Shown: positions 46,205-56,894, counted from the stretch's first letter. The stretch: DNA of 64,000 nt from Minisyncoccia bacterium (GCA_046293175.1 JBKBPM010000001.1:593408-657407); one strand, 5' to 3'. The notes: generated by a model from the sequence alone, not told the origin. Numbers and translations: made by a program.

Positions 46205-46888
46205 TTATAGCACGTACTTACCACTTTCGTCGTCCCGAATTATCCGACCACCATCCATAGTGATAACGCGGCGACCGAGTTCATCAATCACTCCCTTGTT
46301 GTGGGTGGTCATCACGACCGTTGTTCCAAGGTCGTTAATCTTTTTGAGAATCTGGACTACTTCGTAGGTAGCAATCGGGTCGAGATTCCCGGTTGGTTCA
46401 TCCGCAATGATGATGTCTGGCTGATTTACAATCGCCCGAGCAATCGCGACACGCTGCTTCTCTCCGCCGGAGAGTTCTCCTGGGAAATTCCACGCCTTAT
46501 CAGCGAGGTCGACAAGCGAGAGGGCCTGGGGGACATTCTCGGCTATTTCTTCGTCACTGCGCCCATTGGCCTCCATTGCAAACGCAATATTCTCGTAGGC
46601 AGTCTTGTTAGGGAGAAGCTTAAAATCCTGGAACACGGTACCAATCTTGCGACGGTAGTGAGGGAGCTTTGATCTCGGGATACGATGGATATCAAGTGAT
46701 TCAAAAAAAACGTTGCCGTGAGTTGGCTTATCTTCAGCAATAATCATCTTGAGGAGGGTAGTCTTACCGGCACCCGAGTGACCGACAATTGAGACAAATT
46801 CTTTTGGATCTATCTGGAAGGTGATTTCTTCAAGCGCTGCTTGCCGTCCATCATTGTAGAGCTTTGAGACTTTATCAAAATAAATCAT
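46205..46888 (-). CDS. ftsE: Cell-division ABC ATPase FtsE
   Basis: Walker A GHSGAGKTT, ABC signature LSGGEKQRVAIARA, Walker B IIIADEPTGNLD. Confidence 0.9.
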   Translation of the reverse strand: MIYFDKVSKLYNDGRQAALEEITFQIDPKEFVSIVGHSGAGKTTLLKMIIAEDKPTHGNVFFESLDIHRIPRSKLPHYRRKIGTVFQDFKLLPNKTAYENIAFAMEANGRSDEEIAENVPQALSLVDLADKAWNFPGELSGGEKQRVAIARAIVNQPDIIIADEPTGNLDPIATYEVVQILKKINDLGTTVVMTTHNKGVIDELGRRVITMDGGRIIRDDESGKYVL

Positions 46889-46903
46889 ATAACGAATTCT
46901 ATT

Positions 46904-47776
46904 TTACGTTACTTCGCCCTTCGCGTCGAGGAAAACCTGTATATCGCCTGCTAATACTTGGTCAATTTGGCGTACTTCCACACCCGTACGGTGGTCTTTG
47001 ACTAGTTGGTAGGGGTGGAGGACATAGGAGCGAATCTGACTCCCCCATTCAATCTTGACGGTCTTCTCGACCGAAAGACCCTGCAGTTCGCGTTTGTGCT
47101 GGGCTTCGCGGAAGGCATAGAGCTTACCAGCAATAAGCGAGAGGGCGCGTTCGCGGTTCTGCTGCTGACTGCGCTCGGTGGAGACATGTACCGAGATGTT
47201 CGTCGGGATATGCGTGATACGGACGGCGGTCTCACGCTTGTTTACATTTTGACCACCAGCCCCGCCCGAACGGGCAAATGTGATCTCGAGTTCATCCTCC
47301 GGAATCGCAACAGCAGACAAATCTTCAATTGCCGGAGACACTTCCACGAGCGTAAACGAGGTCTGGCGCTTGCCATTACTATTAAACGGTGAGATGCGGA
47401 CGAGACGATGGACGCCGGATTCGTTTGCGAGCGTGCCATAGGCATTTTTGCCCGTGACTTCAATTACGACATTACGGTAGCCGCCATGGTCGTTTTCGTT
47501 ACTATCGAGTTCAGTAACATGCCAGCCGCGACTTTCGGCGTACCGCCAGTACATCTCACGGAGCATCCGAGCGAAGTCTTCGGCATCGTCCCCACCAGCT
47601 CCAGCCACAATGGTGATGATCGCTGGATTGCGGTCATACTTCCCCTCACCCGAGGCTTCGGCTTTGAGGTCTTGGAGTTCTTTGATCATCGCTTGCGCTT
47701 TCTGGCTATCCTGCCAAAAGTCTGGTTGGAGCATCGCGGCTTCAATCTCAGCGATTCGGGTAGTCGGGTCAGTCAT
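46904..47776 (-). CDS. prfB: Peptide chain release factor 2, N-terminally short, with no programmed-frameshift site
   Basis: SPF tripeptide (…[15 protein letters not shown]…), GGQ (…[11 protein letters not shown]…), and the RF-1 domain. It has 290 aa versus about 365 aa in classical RF2. Confidence 0.85.
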   Translation of the reverse strand: MTDPTTRIAEIEAAMLQPDFWQDSQKAQAMIKELQDLKAEASGEGKYDRNPAIITIVAGAGGDDAEDFARMLREMYWRYAESRGWHVTELDSNENDHGGYRNVVIEVTGKNAYGTLANESGVHRLVRISPFNSNGKRQTSFTLVEVSPAIEDLSAVAIPEDELEITFARSGGAGGQNVNKRETAVRITHIPTNISVHVSTERSQQQNRERALSLIAGKLYAFREAQHKRELQGLSVEKTVKIEWGSQIRSYVLHPYQLVKDHRTGVEVRQIDQVLAGDIQVFLDAKGEVT

Positions 47777-47859
47777 AATATGAAGAGTATAGCAAATTAA
47801 CGCGCAAGACGGAAAAGAGTGCGGGCCAGCCGCGCTCTTTTCACGATTATTCTAACTTG

Positions 47860-47932
47860 AGCCAATGCCCAGGCTTGAACTGGGGACCTGACGCTTACGA
47901 TGCGCCTGCTCTACCAACTGAGCTACATTGGC
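47860..47932 (-). tRNA. tRNA-Thr (anticodon CGU), no encoded CCA
   Basis: GCCAATG-TA-GCTC-AGTTGGTA-GAGC-A-GGCGC-ATCGTAA-GCGTC-AGGTC-CCCAG-TTCAAGC-CTGGG-CATTGGC-T. Confidence 0.8.
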
Positions 47933-48085
47933 AGTGAATACTGCGTCCCCTATAGTAGTACACCTCACATTTGATTTCAAATGGTTTTTTGGTATGATAC
48001 GTGGGCTTCGAATACCACATGCTGTGTGTACAGACAAGCAACCGGCCAAGGTGACGACGTCACACGTCGCCCTTAGTCTCCCAAA

Positions 48086-48158
48086 GCCAATGTAGCTCAG
48101 TTGGTAGAGCACATCCATGGTAAGGATGAGGTCTCCAGTTCAATCCTGGACATTGGCT
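48086..48158 (+). tRNA. tRNA-Thr (anticodon GGU), no encoded CCA
   Basis: Acceptor and D-arm are identical to the divergent tRNA-Thr(CGU). Anticodon loop is ATGGTAA. Confidence 0.8.
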
Positions 48159-48160
48159 CA

Positions 48161-48205
48161 TAAATCAAAAAACGTCCGTCAGGGCGTTTTTTGATTTATG
48201 AGCCA
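48161..48205. terminator. Long perfect palindromic terminator that includes the tRNA-Thr 3' end
   Basis: ctcataaatcaaaaaacg-tccgtcagg-cgttttttgatttatgag with 18-nt arms. Confidence 0.65.
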
Positions 48206-48370
48206 ATGTAGCAAGCCAACTGCTTGGCTTGTGTCCAAGATTGAAAGCCGCAGCTATGTTTTTTGCTTAGGTAAAGCAAAAAACTGCGAGGCGGGGTCGA
48301 GAACACTTAGTAGATTAGGAACGTAGTGAACTAATATACTTAGTGATTCGTGACCGATCCTTTCACCACT
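48206..48370. repeat. tRNA-linked repeat R1: inverted partial copy of the tRNA-Thr 3' half with a 22-nt hairpin insert, followed by a conserved core of about 85 nt
   Basis: Reverse complement of 48181-48250 reads ggctTTCAATCtTGGACA[caagccaagcagttggcttgct]ACATTGGCTCATAAATCAAAAAA, against the tRNA's CCAGTTCAATCCTGGACATTGGCTCATAAATCAAAAAA. The core gcgaggcggggtcgagaacacttagtagattaggaacgtagtgaactaatatacttagtgattcgtgacc recurs at 50758-50830. Confidence 0.55.
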
Positions 48371-48377
48371 ACTCTTT

Positions 48378-48968
48378 TTACTTCCGCTTCCAAAACACCA
48401 TCACGAGTACACCCACTACTGCCCCACTGAGATTAAAGATGAGGTCGAGCATGGCGTTGGCGTAACCACCTACCCCATTACGCTCGACAGTGACCGCAAT
48501 CAAGAACTCCATGATTTCATTAAGACCACTGATACCAAGTGAAATCATTGTAGCAACGAGCGCAACAAGAAACGTATGTCCTTTGATACCAAGTGGGGCT
48601 CGTAGTGTGTAGTACGCCATCATAGCAACGAGCCCGTAGAGATAGGTATGAACTACCTGGTCGTACTTAAGGATGTAGAAATCACCACCAAGATCGAGGA
48701 ACGGATAAATCTTGTAGGCAAAGAGCACTCCATCAACCGTCTGCACTGCCCCACCCGCCACATGCATCAGTCCCCAGATAGATAGAAGCCAGAGCATCCA
48801 GATTGGAAATTGGGTCAAGCGCAGGGTGGCAAACACCCCAGTAAAAATTGCTATAATGACTGCGACATAAATGACGAACTCAAGGTTGAGGTCACGAGCG
48901 AAGTAAATCCCACCGAGAATAAGATAGAGGGCTGAAAATGAAACGACAGGGATGAGTGATTTGGTCAT
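48378..48968 (-). CDS. Polytopic membrane protein (DUF2238/YjdF-like, tentative)
   Basis: 196 aa with about six TM helices. Confidence 0.4.
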   Translation of the reverse strand: MTKSLIPVVSFSALYLILGGIYFARDLNLEFVIYVAVIIAIFTGVFATLRLTQFPIWMLWLLSIWGLMHVAGGAVQTVDGVLFAYKIYPFLDLGGDFYILKYDQVVHTYLYGLVAMMAYYTLRAPLGIKGHTFLVALVATMISLGISGLNEIMEFLIAVTVERNGVGGYANAMLDLIFNLSGAVVGVLVMVFWKRK

Positions 48969-49108
48969 ATAAAATTATAACACCAGAAAGGACTTAAACA
49001 TTACATGTTCAGTACCCCAATTGGCTTGATTGATGCGCTTCGCTTTCAATCCAGCTCAATCGGGCTTCGAGTCCCGCCCATATGTGTCCCACACATATGG
49101 GCATCGAT

Positions 49109-49140
49109 CGCTCACGAAAAAAGCCAGCTTTGGGCTGACT
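49109..49140. terminator. Hairpin terminator 3' of tRNA-Asp
   Basis: aaaaaagccagc-tttgg-gctgactttttt with 12-nt arms and one mismatch. Confidence 0.55.
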
Positions 49141-49150
49141 TTTTTCTTTG

Positions 49151-49224
49151 CGCGGTCGAAGGGACTCGAACCCTCGGCCTCTTCCGTGACAGGGAAGCGC
49201 TCTAACCAGCTGAGCTACGACCGC
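49151..49224 (-). tRNA. tRNA-Asp (anticodon GUC)
   Basis: GCGGTCG-TA-GCTC-AGCTGGTTA-GAGC-G-CTTCC-CTGTCAC-GGAAG-AGGCC-GAGGG-TTCGAGT-CCCTT-CGACCGC-G. A promoter TTGCCA-N17-TATAAG sits immediately upstream (reverse complement of about 49233-49262). Confidence 0.8.
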
Positions 49225-49304
49225 AGATATGCCTTATACTGCCACAAAGTAACAGTGGCAAGAGTATATACACTTTTCGTAAAAAGGGCAATATCTTGCG
49301 TGAT

Positions 49305-49632
49305 GTCGATGAGAGAGAACGATCCTGACTGGATCTGTAGACCTTTTCTGTCGTTCATTTCGCGTTGCTCACAAACGTCTAGAAAAGGTCATCCTTCCCT
49401 CACAAGCAGTCCCCCGGACTGCTTTCTATCAACAGCCGAACACTGCCATCACTGGCAATGTTCTTTGTGTCGATGGGAGGGAACGAATCTTACAGATTCA
49501 GTACACCTTTTCTGTCATTTGTTTCGCGTTGCTCACAAACGTCTAGAAAAGGTCATCGTTCCCTCACAAGCAGTCCCCCGGACTGCTTTCCATCAACAGC
49601 CGAACACTGCCATCACTGGCAATGTTCTTTGT
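49305..49632. repeat. Two tandem 164-bp repeat units, each starting with a copy of the 3' end of the adjacent tRNA(CAT)
   Basis: Units 49305-49468 and 49469-49632 are about 90% identical. Each begins gtcgatgRgagRgaacgatcct, which is the reverse complement of the tRNA T-arm plus acceptor 3' strand. They contain internal hairpins (ACCTTTTCT…AGAAAAGGT; GCAGTCCcccGGACTGC). ORF-track entries 49030..49686 and 49458..49664 are artefacts of this repeat. Confidence 0.7.
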
Positions 49633-49705
49633 GTCGATGGGAGGGAACGATCCTCCGACCTTAGCTTTATGAGTGCTACGCTCTAACCAACTGAGCTACA
49701 TCGAC
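49632..49705 (-). tRNA. tRNA-Met or tRNA-Ile2 (anticodon CAU) with an unusual T-loop (ATCGTTC)
   Basis: GTCGATG-TA-GCTC-AGTTGGTTA-GAGC-G-TAGCA-CTCATAA-AGCTA-AGGTC-GGAGG-ATCGTTC-CCTCC-CATCGAC-A, with G1:C72 paired. Confidence 0.65.
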
Positions 49706-49772
49706 ATGACTCCTTGCGAAGTGCTTGGAGTATACCAGAAGATTAAAATTATTCTAGTCCTTACTTCCCCGC

Positions 49773-50477
49773 TTATACCAGGCCGTGCATGAGGTTTTTC
49801 TCCCGGCTTTCAAGGATGGTCTCAGCCCGGGTGATGTCCTCAGGGTAACCGACCGGGATCCAGAGCTCTTGCTCTACCACTGCCATCGGGTACTTTTCGG
49901 CATACTCAACAACGACATCGGTGAGATAGTACTCCCCGTTTGTCTCCTTCTTCATCTCAAATTCAAAGATATGGGTATCAAGCACCATCGGACCAGTTGA
50001 AGCGAGATTGGAAGGCGGATGGGCCGGCTTTTCGACAAAATCTGCGACTGTACCGTCTGGATGACGTACCACAATCCCAAAGCGCTCTGGGGTCTTTGTA
50101 GGCATAGCGAGTAGTCCGCGACTGTAAGAAGTCAGTCGTGCCAAATCGTTAGCGCCATGAATATCGTCAGCAAACATAAACAAGAAGCGGCCTTTGAGTA
50201 AATCTTTGCAGAGCCAGAGAGCATGGGCAGTGCCCTTTTGCTCCACTTGTTCAACGTACGTCACTTTGCGGCCATGATACTCATTTCCAAAATGCGCACG
50301 TAATTGGTCGCCAAGATAGCCAACAACTAAAATCAACTCATCAATTGCACTTGGGAGCGCATCAATAGTGTGGTCGATAAGCGGCTTACCCGCCACTGTC
50401 ACCAGTGGCTTAGGTGTATTGTCTGTTAATGGGCGTAGACGAGTCCCCTTTCCGGCGGCGAGAATGACGCATTGCAT
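49773..50477 (-). CDS. Sugar-phosphate nucleotidyltransferase (RmlA/GalU-like fold)
   Basis: N-terminal ILAAGKGTRLRPLT…KPL NTP-transferase motif. Confidence 0.7.
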   Translation of the reverse strand: MQCVILAAGKGTRLRPLTDNTPKPLVTVAGKPLIDHTIDALPSAIDELILVVGYLGDQLRAHFGNEYHGRKVTYVEQVEQKGTAHALWLCKDLLKGRFLFMFADDIHGANDLARLTSYSRGLLAMPTKTPERFGIVVRHPDGTVADFVEKPAHPPSNLASTGPMVLDTHIFEFEMKKETNGEYYLTDVVVEYAEKYPMAVVEQELWIPVGYPEDITRAETILESREKNLMHGLV

Positions 50478-50572
50478 AGGTTTTTAGTATATCACCAAAC
50501 AAAATGGGGTGAAAATAATTTGCATTATTTTTATAAACATTGTATAGTCTCCGCACCTCTTCATAGAGATAT

Positions 50573-50643
50573 AGCGGGTTAGAGGAGAGGTACCTCGGGA
50601 GGCTCATAACCTCCAGACCCCGGTTCGATTCCGGGACCCGCAA
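50573..50643 (+). tRNA. tRNA-Met (anticodon CAU), possibly the initiator
   Basis: The best fold uses A1 with a 1:72 mismatch, U8, D-stem GAGG/CCTC, anticodon stem GGAGG/CCTCC, loop CTCATAA, T-arm CCCGG-TTCGATT-CCGGG, and discriminator A. The mismatch at 1:72 and A73 are initiator-like. Confidence 0.6.
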
Positions 50644-50690
50644 CAATAACAAAAACCACCCAGATGGGTGGTTTTTGTTATTGTTGCGGG
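50643..50690. terminator. Long perfect palindromic terminator that includes the tRNA-Met 3' end
   Basis: caacaataacaaaaaccaccca-tct-gggtggtttttgttattgttg with 22-nt arms. Confidence 0.65.
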
Positions 50691-50838
50691 TCAGGAAGCA
50701 AATTATTTTGCTTCCGTCCGGAATCGAACAGCCGCAGCGATGTGAGGCGACTCCGCAGGAGCCGAACCAGCGAGGCGGGGTCGCGAGTACTTACTAGAAT
50801 TGGAATGAAATGAACAATTATAGTTAGTAACTCGTGAC
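50691..50838. repeat. tRNA-linked repeat R2: inverted partial copy of the tRNA-Met 3' half with a 22-nt hairpin insert, plus a conserved core shared with R1
   Basis: The reverse complement reads gctgTTCGATTCCGGac[ggaagcaaaataatttgcttcc]tgACCCGCAACAATAAC, against the tRNA's GGTTCGATTCCGGGACCCGCAACAATAAC. The core gcgaggcggggtcgcgagtacttactagaattggaatgaaatgaacaattatagttagtaactcgtgac aligns with 48283-48360. Confidence 0.55.
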
Positions 50839-51002
50839 TCGATGGAGGGACCTGTTTTTTAAAGAAGTTAAAATTTGTATCCTCTTATTTTACGATAGTC
50901 TTTTATTTACTAACTTTAATAAAATTAAAGTTATAAGACTGTATATTGCCATTAGTAATATGACACCAAAAACACCGGGGAAGACCGGCACTGAGACGAG
51001 AG

Positions 51003-51248
51003 TCACCAGAACAGCATAGCTATACAAAGCACTGAATATGACTGAACAAAAGATGGTTTTAAGTTGATATTTAAGAAATAACTAATCACCAAAAATATAC
51101 CTGAGGCAACTCCTGAGAACAGTAACGCTAAAATAATCCAATCATTATATTTAACTATAATGTCAGAGCTGTAGATCTCTTTTTGATTAAGCGACAAGAC
51201 GCCGGCGACAGTAAAAATTGATAAAAATGTTGCGATGAAGATTTTCAT
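51003..51248 (-). CDS. Small two-TM membrane protein
   Basis: 81 aa, hydrophobic. Confidence 0.3.
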   Translation of the reverse strand: MKIFIATFLSIFTVAGVLSLNQKEIYSSDIIVKYNDWIILALLFSGVASGIFLVISYFLNINLKPSFVQSYSVLCIAMLFW

Positions 51249-51273
51249 GAATGGTCACTGACCCTCCCATCTC

Positions 51274-51936
51274 CTAATGATGCCCATGGCCTCCCCCTCC
51301 ATGACCATTATCAAGCAACCCAAGTTCACCAAACACTCGTTCGTAACGGACGATAGTCTCACGCGCCAGTTTGTGGGTAAGCACGAAGTCAACTCCACTG
51401 TGCGCGATTTCATTACGGATCTTATGCGCTTCCCAGGCGTCATCAAGTGTCTGCATCGAGGCGGGAGAAATACTACGGAGTCGCTCACCAAGTGAGGTAC
51501 CGGCATATCCTTGTCGCTTTAAGGCTTCATCAAGGATGATATCGGCTTCGATAATTGCCAACTTCCAATCGTTTGGATTTTCGGAGTTGATATGATTTTT
51601 TATATCATTAAAGCGATTTGGGGTAGCACCGCCCACCATTTTGCGGCGGTAGGCTTCTTCTTCCGCTCGGGTGTGATGATCTTCTTCTTCGTAGAGTTCT
51701 TCAACACTCACCGAAGCATAGATGTACAAAAACAGAAAGATAGCTGAAACAATGTAGGAGATGATGGCAAAAACTGTCCAAATCGCACCCAGTACCCCCA
51801 GTGTTTCATCAAGCGTCAAGCCAGCAAAAAGACCATCGGAGCCAAAGATGAATCGGAGTAGCGGAGTGAGTGCATCATAACCCACTACCTGAAGCGGGGT
51901 ATTACTGGCGGCAACTATAATTTCTTCATCAGGCAT
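51274..51936 (-). CDS. Membrane-anchored protein with a DUF4145-like C-terminal domain
   Basis: One TM helix plus a C-terminal …IIEADIILDEALKRQ…LDDAWEAHKIRNEIAHSG (R-N-x-x-A-H motif). A Gly/His tail GHGGGGHGHH follows. Confidence 0.4.
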   Translation of the reverse strand: MPDEEIIVAASNTPLQVVGYDALTPLLRFIFGSDGLFAGLTLDETLGVLGAIWTVFAIISYIVSAIFLFLYIYASVSVEELYEEEDHHTRAEEEAYRRKMVGGATPNRFNDIKNHINSENPNDWKLAIIEADIILDEALKRQGYAGTSLGERLRSISPASMQTLDDAWEAHKIRNEIAHSGVDFVLTHKLARETIVRYERVFGELGLLDNGHGGGGHGHH

Positions 51937-51942
51937 ATAGAA

Positions 51943-53367
51943 TTATTTGACCTGGTTGGCATCGTAGACTCGTTCGCCAATATCAAAGAGTCTCGCTTCG
52001 CCACCATGTGGTGCAATATATTGTACCCCAACCGGTAGCGCTTTGCCGTCTCGCTCCACAGTTCCCATCGGAAACGAAAGCGCTGGCACACCAGTGAGAT
52101 TGACTGGAACCGTAAAGATATCCTGGCGATACATTGAGAGCGGATCCTCTTGCGCGCCAATCGTAAAGGCTGGGGTTGGTGCCGTTGGGGTAATGATGAA
52201 ATCAACAGACTCAAAATGAGTACGGAGTTCTTCTCGCATTGCTTCTCGTACCGCTTCGGCTTTTCCATAGTAGGCATCGTAGTAACCCGACGATAGTACA
52301 TACGTACCAAGGAGGATGCGTCGCTTTACCTCTGCCCCAAAGCCTGCCCCGCGCGTCTGTTCGTAGACTGCCAATAAGTCTTTGCCATCTACCGACAACC
52401 CATACCGAATACCGTCGTAGCGAGCGGTATTGGACGAGACTTCGGCTGGCATCACGATATAGTACGCCGCGAGTCCCTGTTCAAATAGTGGCAAGTCGAT
52501 ATCAACCACCTCGTGCCCTGCCGCTGTCAGTGCCTCTATATGGGTTTCAAACGCAGCAAGCACATCAGCATCAATACCACTTTGTAAAAAGGTGCGCGGG
52601 ACACCAAAGCGGTAGGTATTTTTGACCGGTACGTCGCCATAAGCACCTACAGGGAGAGTAGTTGCGTCCATTCTATCCTGCCCTGCAATCATTGAATGTA
52701 TAAGCGCTGCGTCTCTAACACTAGTAGTGAGCGGACCAGCCTGATCAAGAGATGAACCCATAGCAATGATTCCATAGCGTGATACTGCACCGTAAGTAGG
52801 CTTTAAGCCCACGAGTCCACAGTAGCTCGCTGGCTGACGAATTGATCCGCCAGTGTCAGTACCAAGTGCCGCCGGCACCGCTCCCATAGCGACAGCCGCG
52901 GCAGATCCGCCTGATGAACCTCCAGGCACACGACTCTCATCGTGTGGGTTACGGGTAATACCAAAAGCAGAGTTTTCGGTTGAACCACCCATCGCAAACT
53001 CGTCCATGTTCGTGGCACCAACAATAATAGCTCCCGCTGCTTTGAGACGTGTGATGATAGTTGCATCATACGAGGCGACATAGTTCTCAAGAATCTTTGA
53101 CGCGGCCGTCGCTTTTTTGCCGGCTACCAGAATATTATTCTTGACCGCCACAGGCACACCCAAGAGTGGTGGTAGGTCGGTTTCACCGGACGCATAACGA
53201 TCGGTAGCAGCAGCAGCGGCAACAAGAGCCTCAGCTTCGTACGTTTCAAGAAAGGCATGGATACTGGCGTCTTTGGCTTTGATAGTCGCAAACACCCGCT
53301 CAACTTCAGTTGTTGGGGTTGTTGTCTTGGCACGGTAAGCGTCAGTCAGTGTAGCAATGGTAAACAT
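51943..53367 (-). CDS. gatA: Glu/Asp-tRNA amidotransferase subunit A
   Basis: Amidase signature …GGSSGGSAAAVA…. Confidence 0.9.
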   Translation of the reverse strand: MFTIATLTDAYRAKTTTPTTEVERVFATIKAKDASIHAFLETYEAEALVAAAAATDRYASGETDLPPLLGVPVAVKNNILVAGKKATAASKILENYVASYDATIITRLKAAGAIIVGATNMDEFAMGGSTENSAFGITRNPHDESRVPGGSSGGSAAAVAMGAVPAALGTDTGGSIRQPASYCGLVGLKPTYGAVSRYGIIAMGSSLDQAGPLTTSVRDAALIHSMIAGQDRMDATTLPVGAYGDVPVKNTYRFGVPRTFLQSGIDADVLAAFETHIEALTAAGHEVVDIDLPLFEQGLAAYYIVMPAEVSSNTARYDGIRYGLSVDGKDLLAVYEQTRGAGFGAEVKRRILLGTYVLSSGYYDAYYGKAEAVREAMREELRTHFESVDFIITPTAPTPAFTIGAQEDPLSMYRQDIFTVPVNLTGVPALSFPMGTVERDGKALPVGVQYIAPHGGEARLFDIGERVYDANQVK

Positions 53368-53372
53368 AAAAG

Positions 53373-53666
53373 CTATTCGCCTTGATCAATAATCTTCTTC
53401 ACACGGACAAAGGCACCAACCCGATCTGGTGCGGCAGCGAGCAGAGTTTCGGTATAGCTGCCTGGAGTCACTGTCACCTCATCTGGTCTAAAGACATTGT
53501 GTACAACGCCAATTTTCTTTGGGAGTGCCCCATCGCCAGCAATCGCTGACACAGTACTCACATACGCCAAAATAGCGTCGATTTCCTGACTAAACGCTGC
53601 TGCCTCAGCATCAGTGAGCGCCAGACGGGATAGATTCCCGAGATGTTTGATTTCTTCAACTGTCAT
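53373..53666 (-). CDS. gatC: Glu/Asp-tRNA amidotransferase subunit C
   Basis: 97 aa with the GatC pattern, upstream of gatA. Confidence 0.8.
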   Translation of the reverse strand: MTVEEIKHLGNLSRLALTDAEAAAFSQEIDAILAYVSTVSAIAGDGALPKKIGVVHNVFRPDEVTVTPGSYTETLLAAAPDRVGAFVRVKKIIDQGE

Positions 53667-53678
53667 AGGGTCATAATA

Positions 53679-56285
<2,607 letters not shown>

Positions 56286-56299
<14 letters not shown>

Positions 56300-56894
56300 A
56301 GACGTTTGTGAGATAGGTGACTAACTCGACTTTTTGACCAGCAATGAGGCTCCCGGTACGCCACGTCACCGTTGAGGTGGCGACTGCACCTTGAATACGC
56401 CCGTTCGAGGCAGTAATCATACCGATTCTAATAGTGCGCGTGTATGGCGTCTCAGTATTACCGGCTGCTGTATGGGTGTAGCGGGCCCGATTGGTCGGCG
56501 TGCTGGTATTGAGATACAATCGACAGTTTGTGAGTGTGGCGCAGTTTGTTACCGCATACGTTGGATCGGCATTAGTCGTCGTTAAACCGCAGGTACCTGA
56601 AATACAGTTAGCAAAAACTGATTGGAACTGTGCCCATGGTGGTTGCTCAATAGCTTGACCATTAATGATGTCTTTGAAGTCACGAAGCACCAAATTATCT
56701 CGACCAAGCTGTACCAACTCTAATCCTTCTTGAGCTAAGAAGTAGGCCACTATCTGTTCGCTACTGTAGGTTGTACTGTTGGTTGAACTTGTAAGTACAC
56801 GCATCGGACCAGCCATCACCAAAAGCAGTATCGTGATAGCAACAAGTACTTCGACTAAACTAAAACCTTGATTGTGTACGTGTTGATATTTCAT
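56286..56894 (-). CDS. Minor pilin (prepilin-type N-terminus)
   Basis: NQGFSLVEVLVAITILLLV. Confidence 0.65.

Noticed and set aside
47777-47860. Search for a programmed +1 frameshift leader of prfB
   Set aside because: The upstream 84 nt consist of a terminator hairpin and tRNA-Thr(CGU). No alternative-frame ORF with a CUU-UGA motif is present, so RF2 here is simply short.
48206-48370. R1 and R2 as IS200/IS605-derived PATE mini-elements
   Set aside because: No sequence similarity to the hairpin ends of the resident IS200 copy (18225-18835). It remains possible only if a different TnpA family is involved.
49305-49632. CRISPR array
   Set aside because: The repeats are 164 bp, tandem, with no interspersed unique spacers, and each begins with a tRNA 3'-end copy. 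This is not CRISPR-like.
49030-49686. 218-aa plus-strand ORF (and nested 49458..49664) from the ORF track
   Set aside because: It lies entirely within the 164-bp tandem repeats and overlaps two tRNAs. Its internal amino-acid repeats are an artefact of reading through the DNA repeat.
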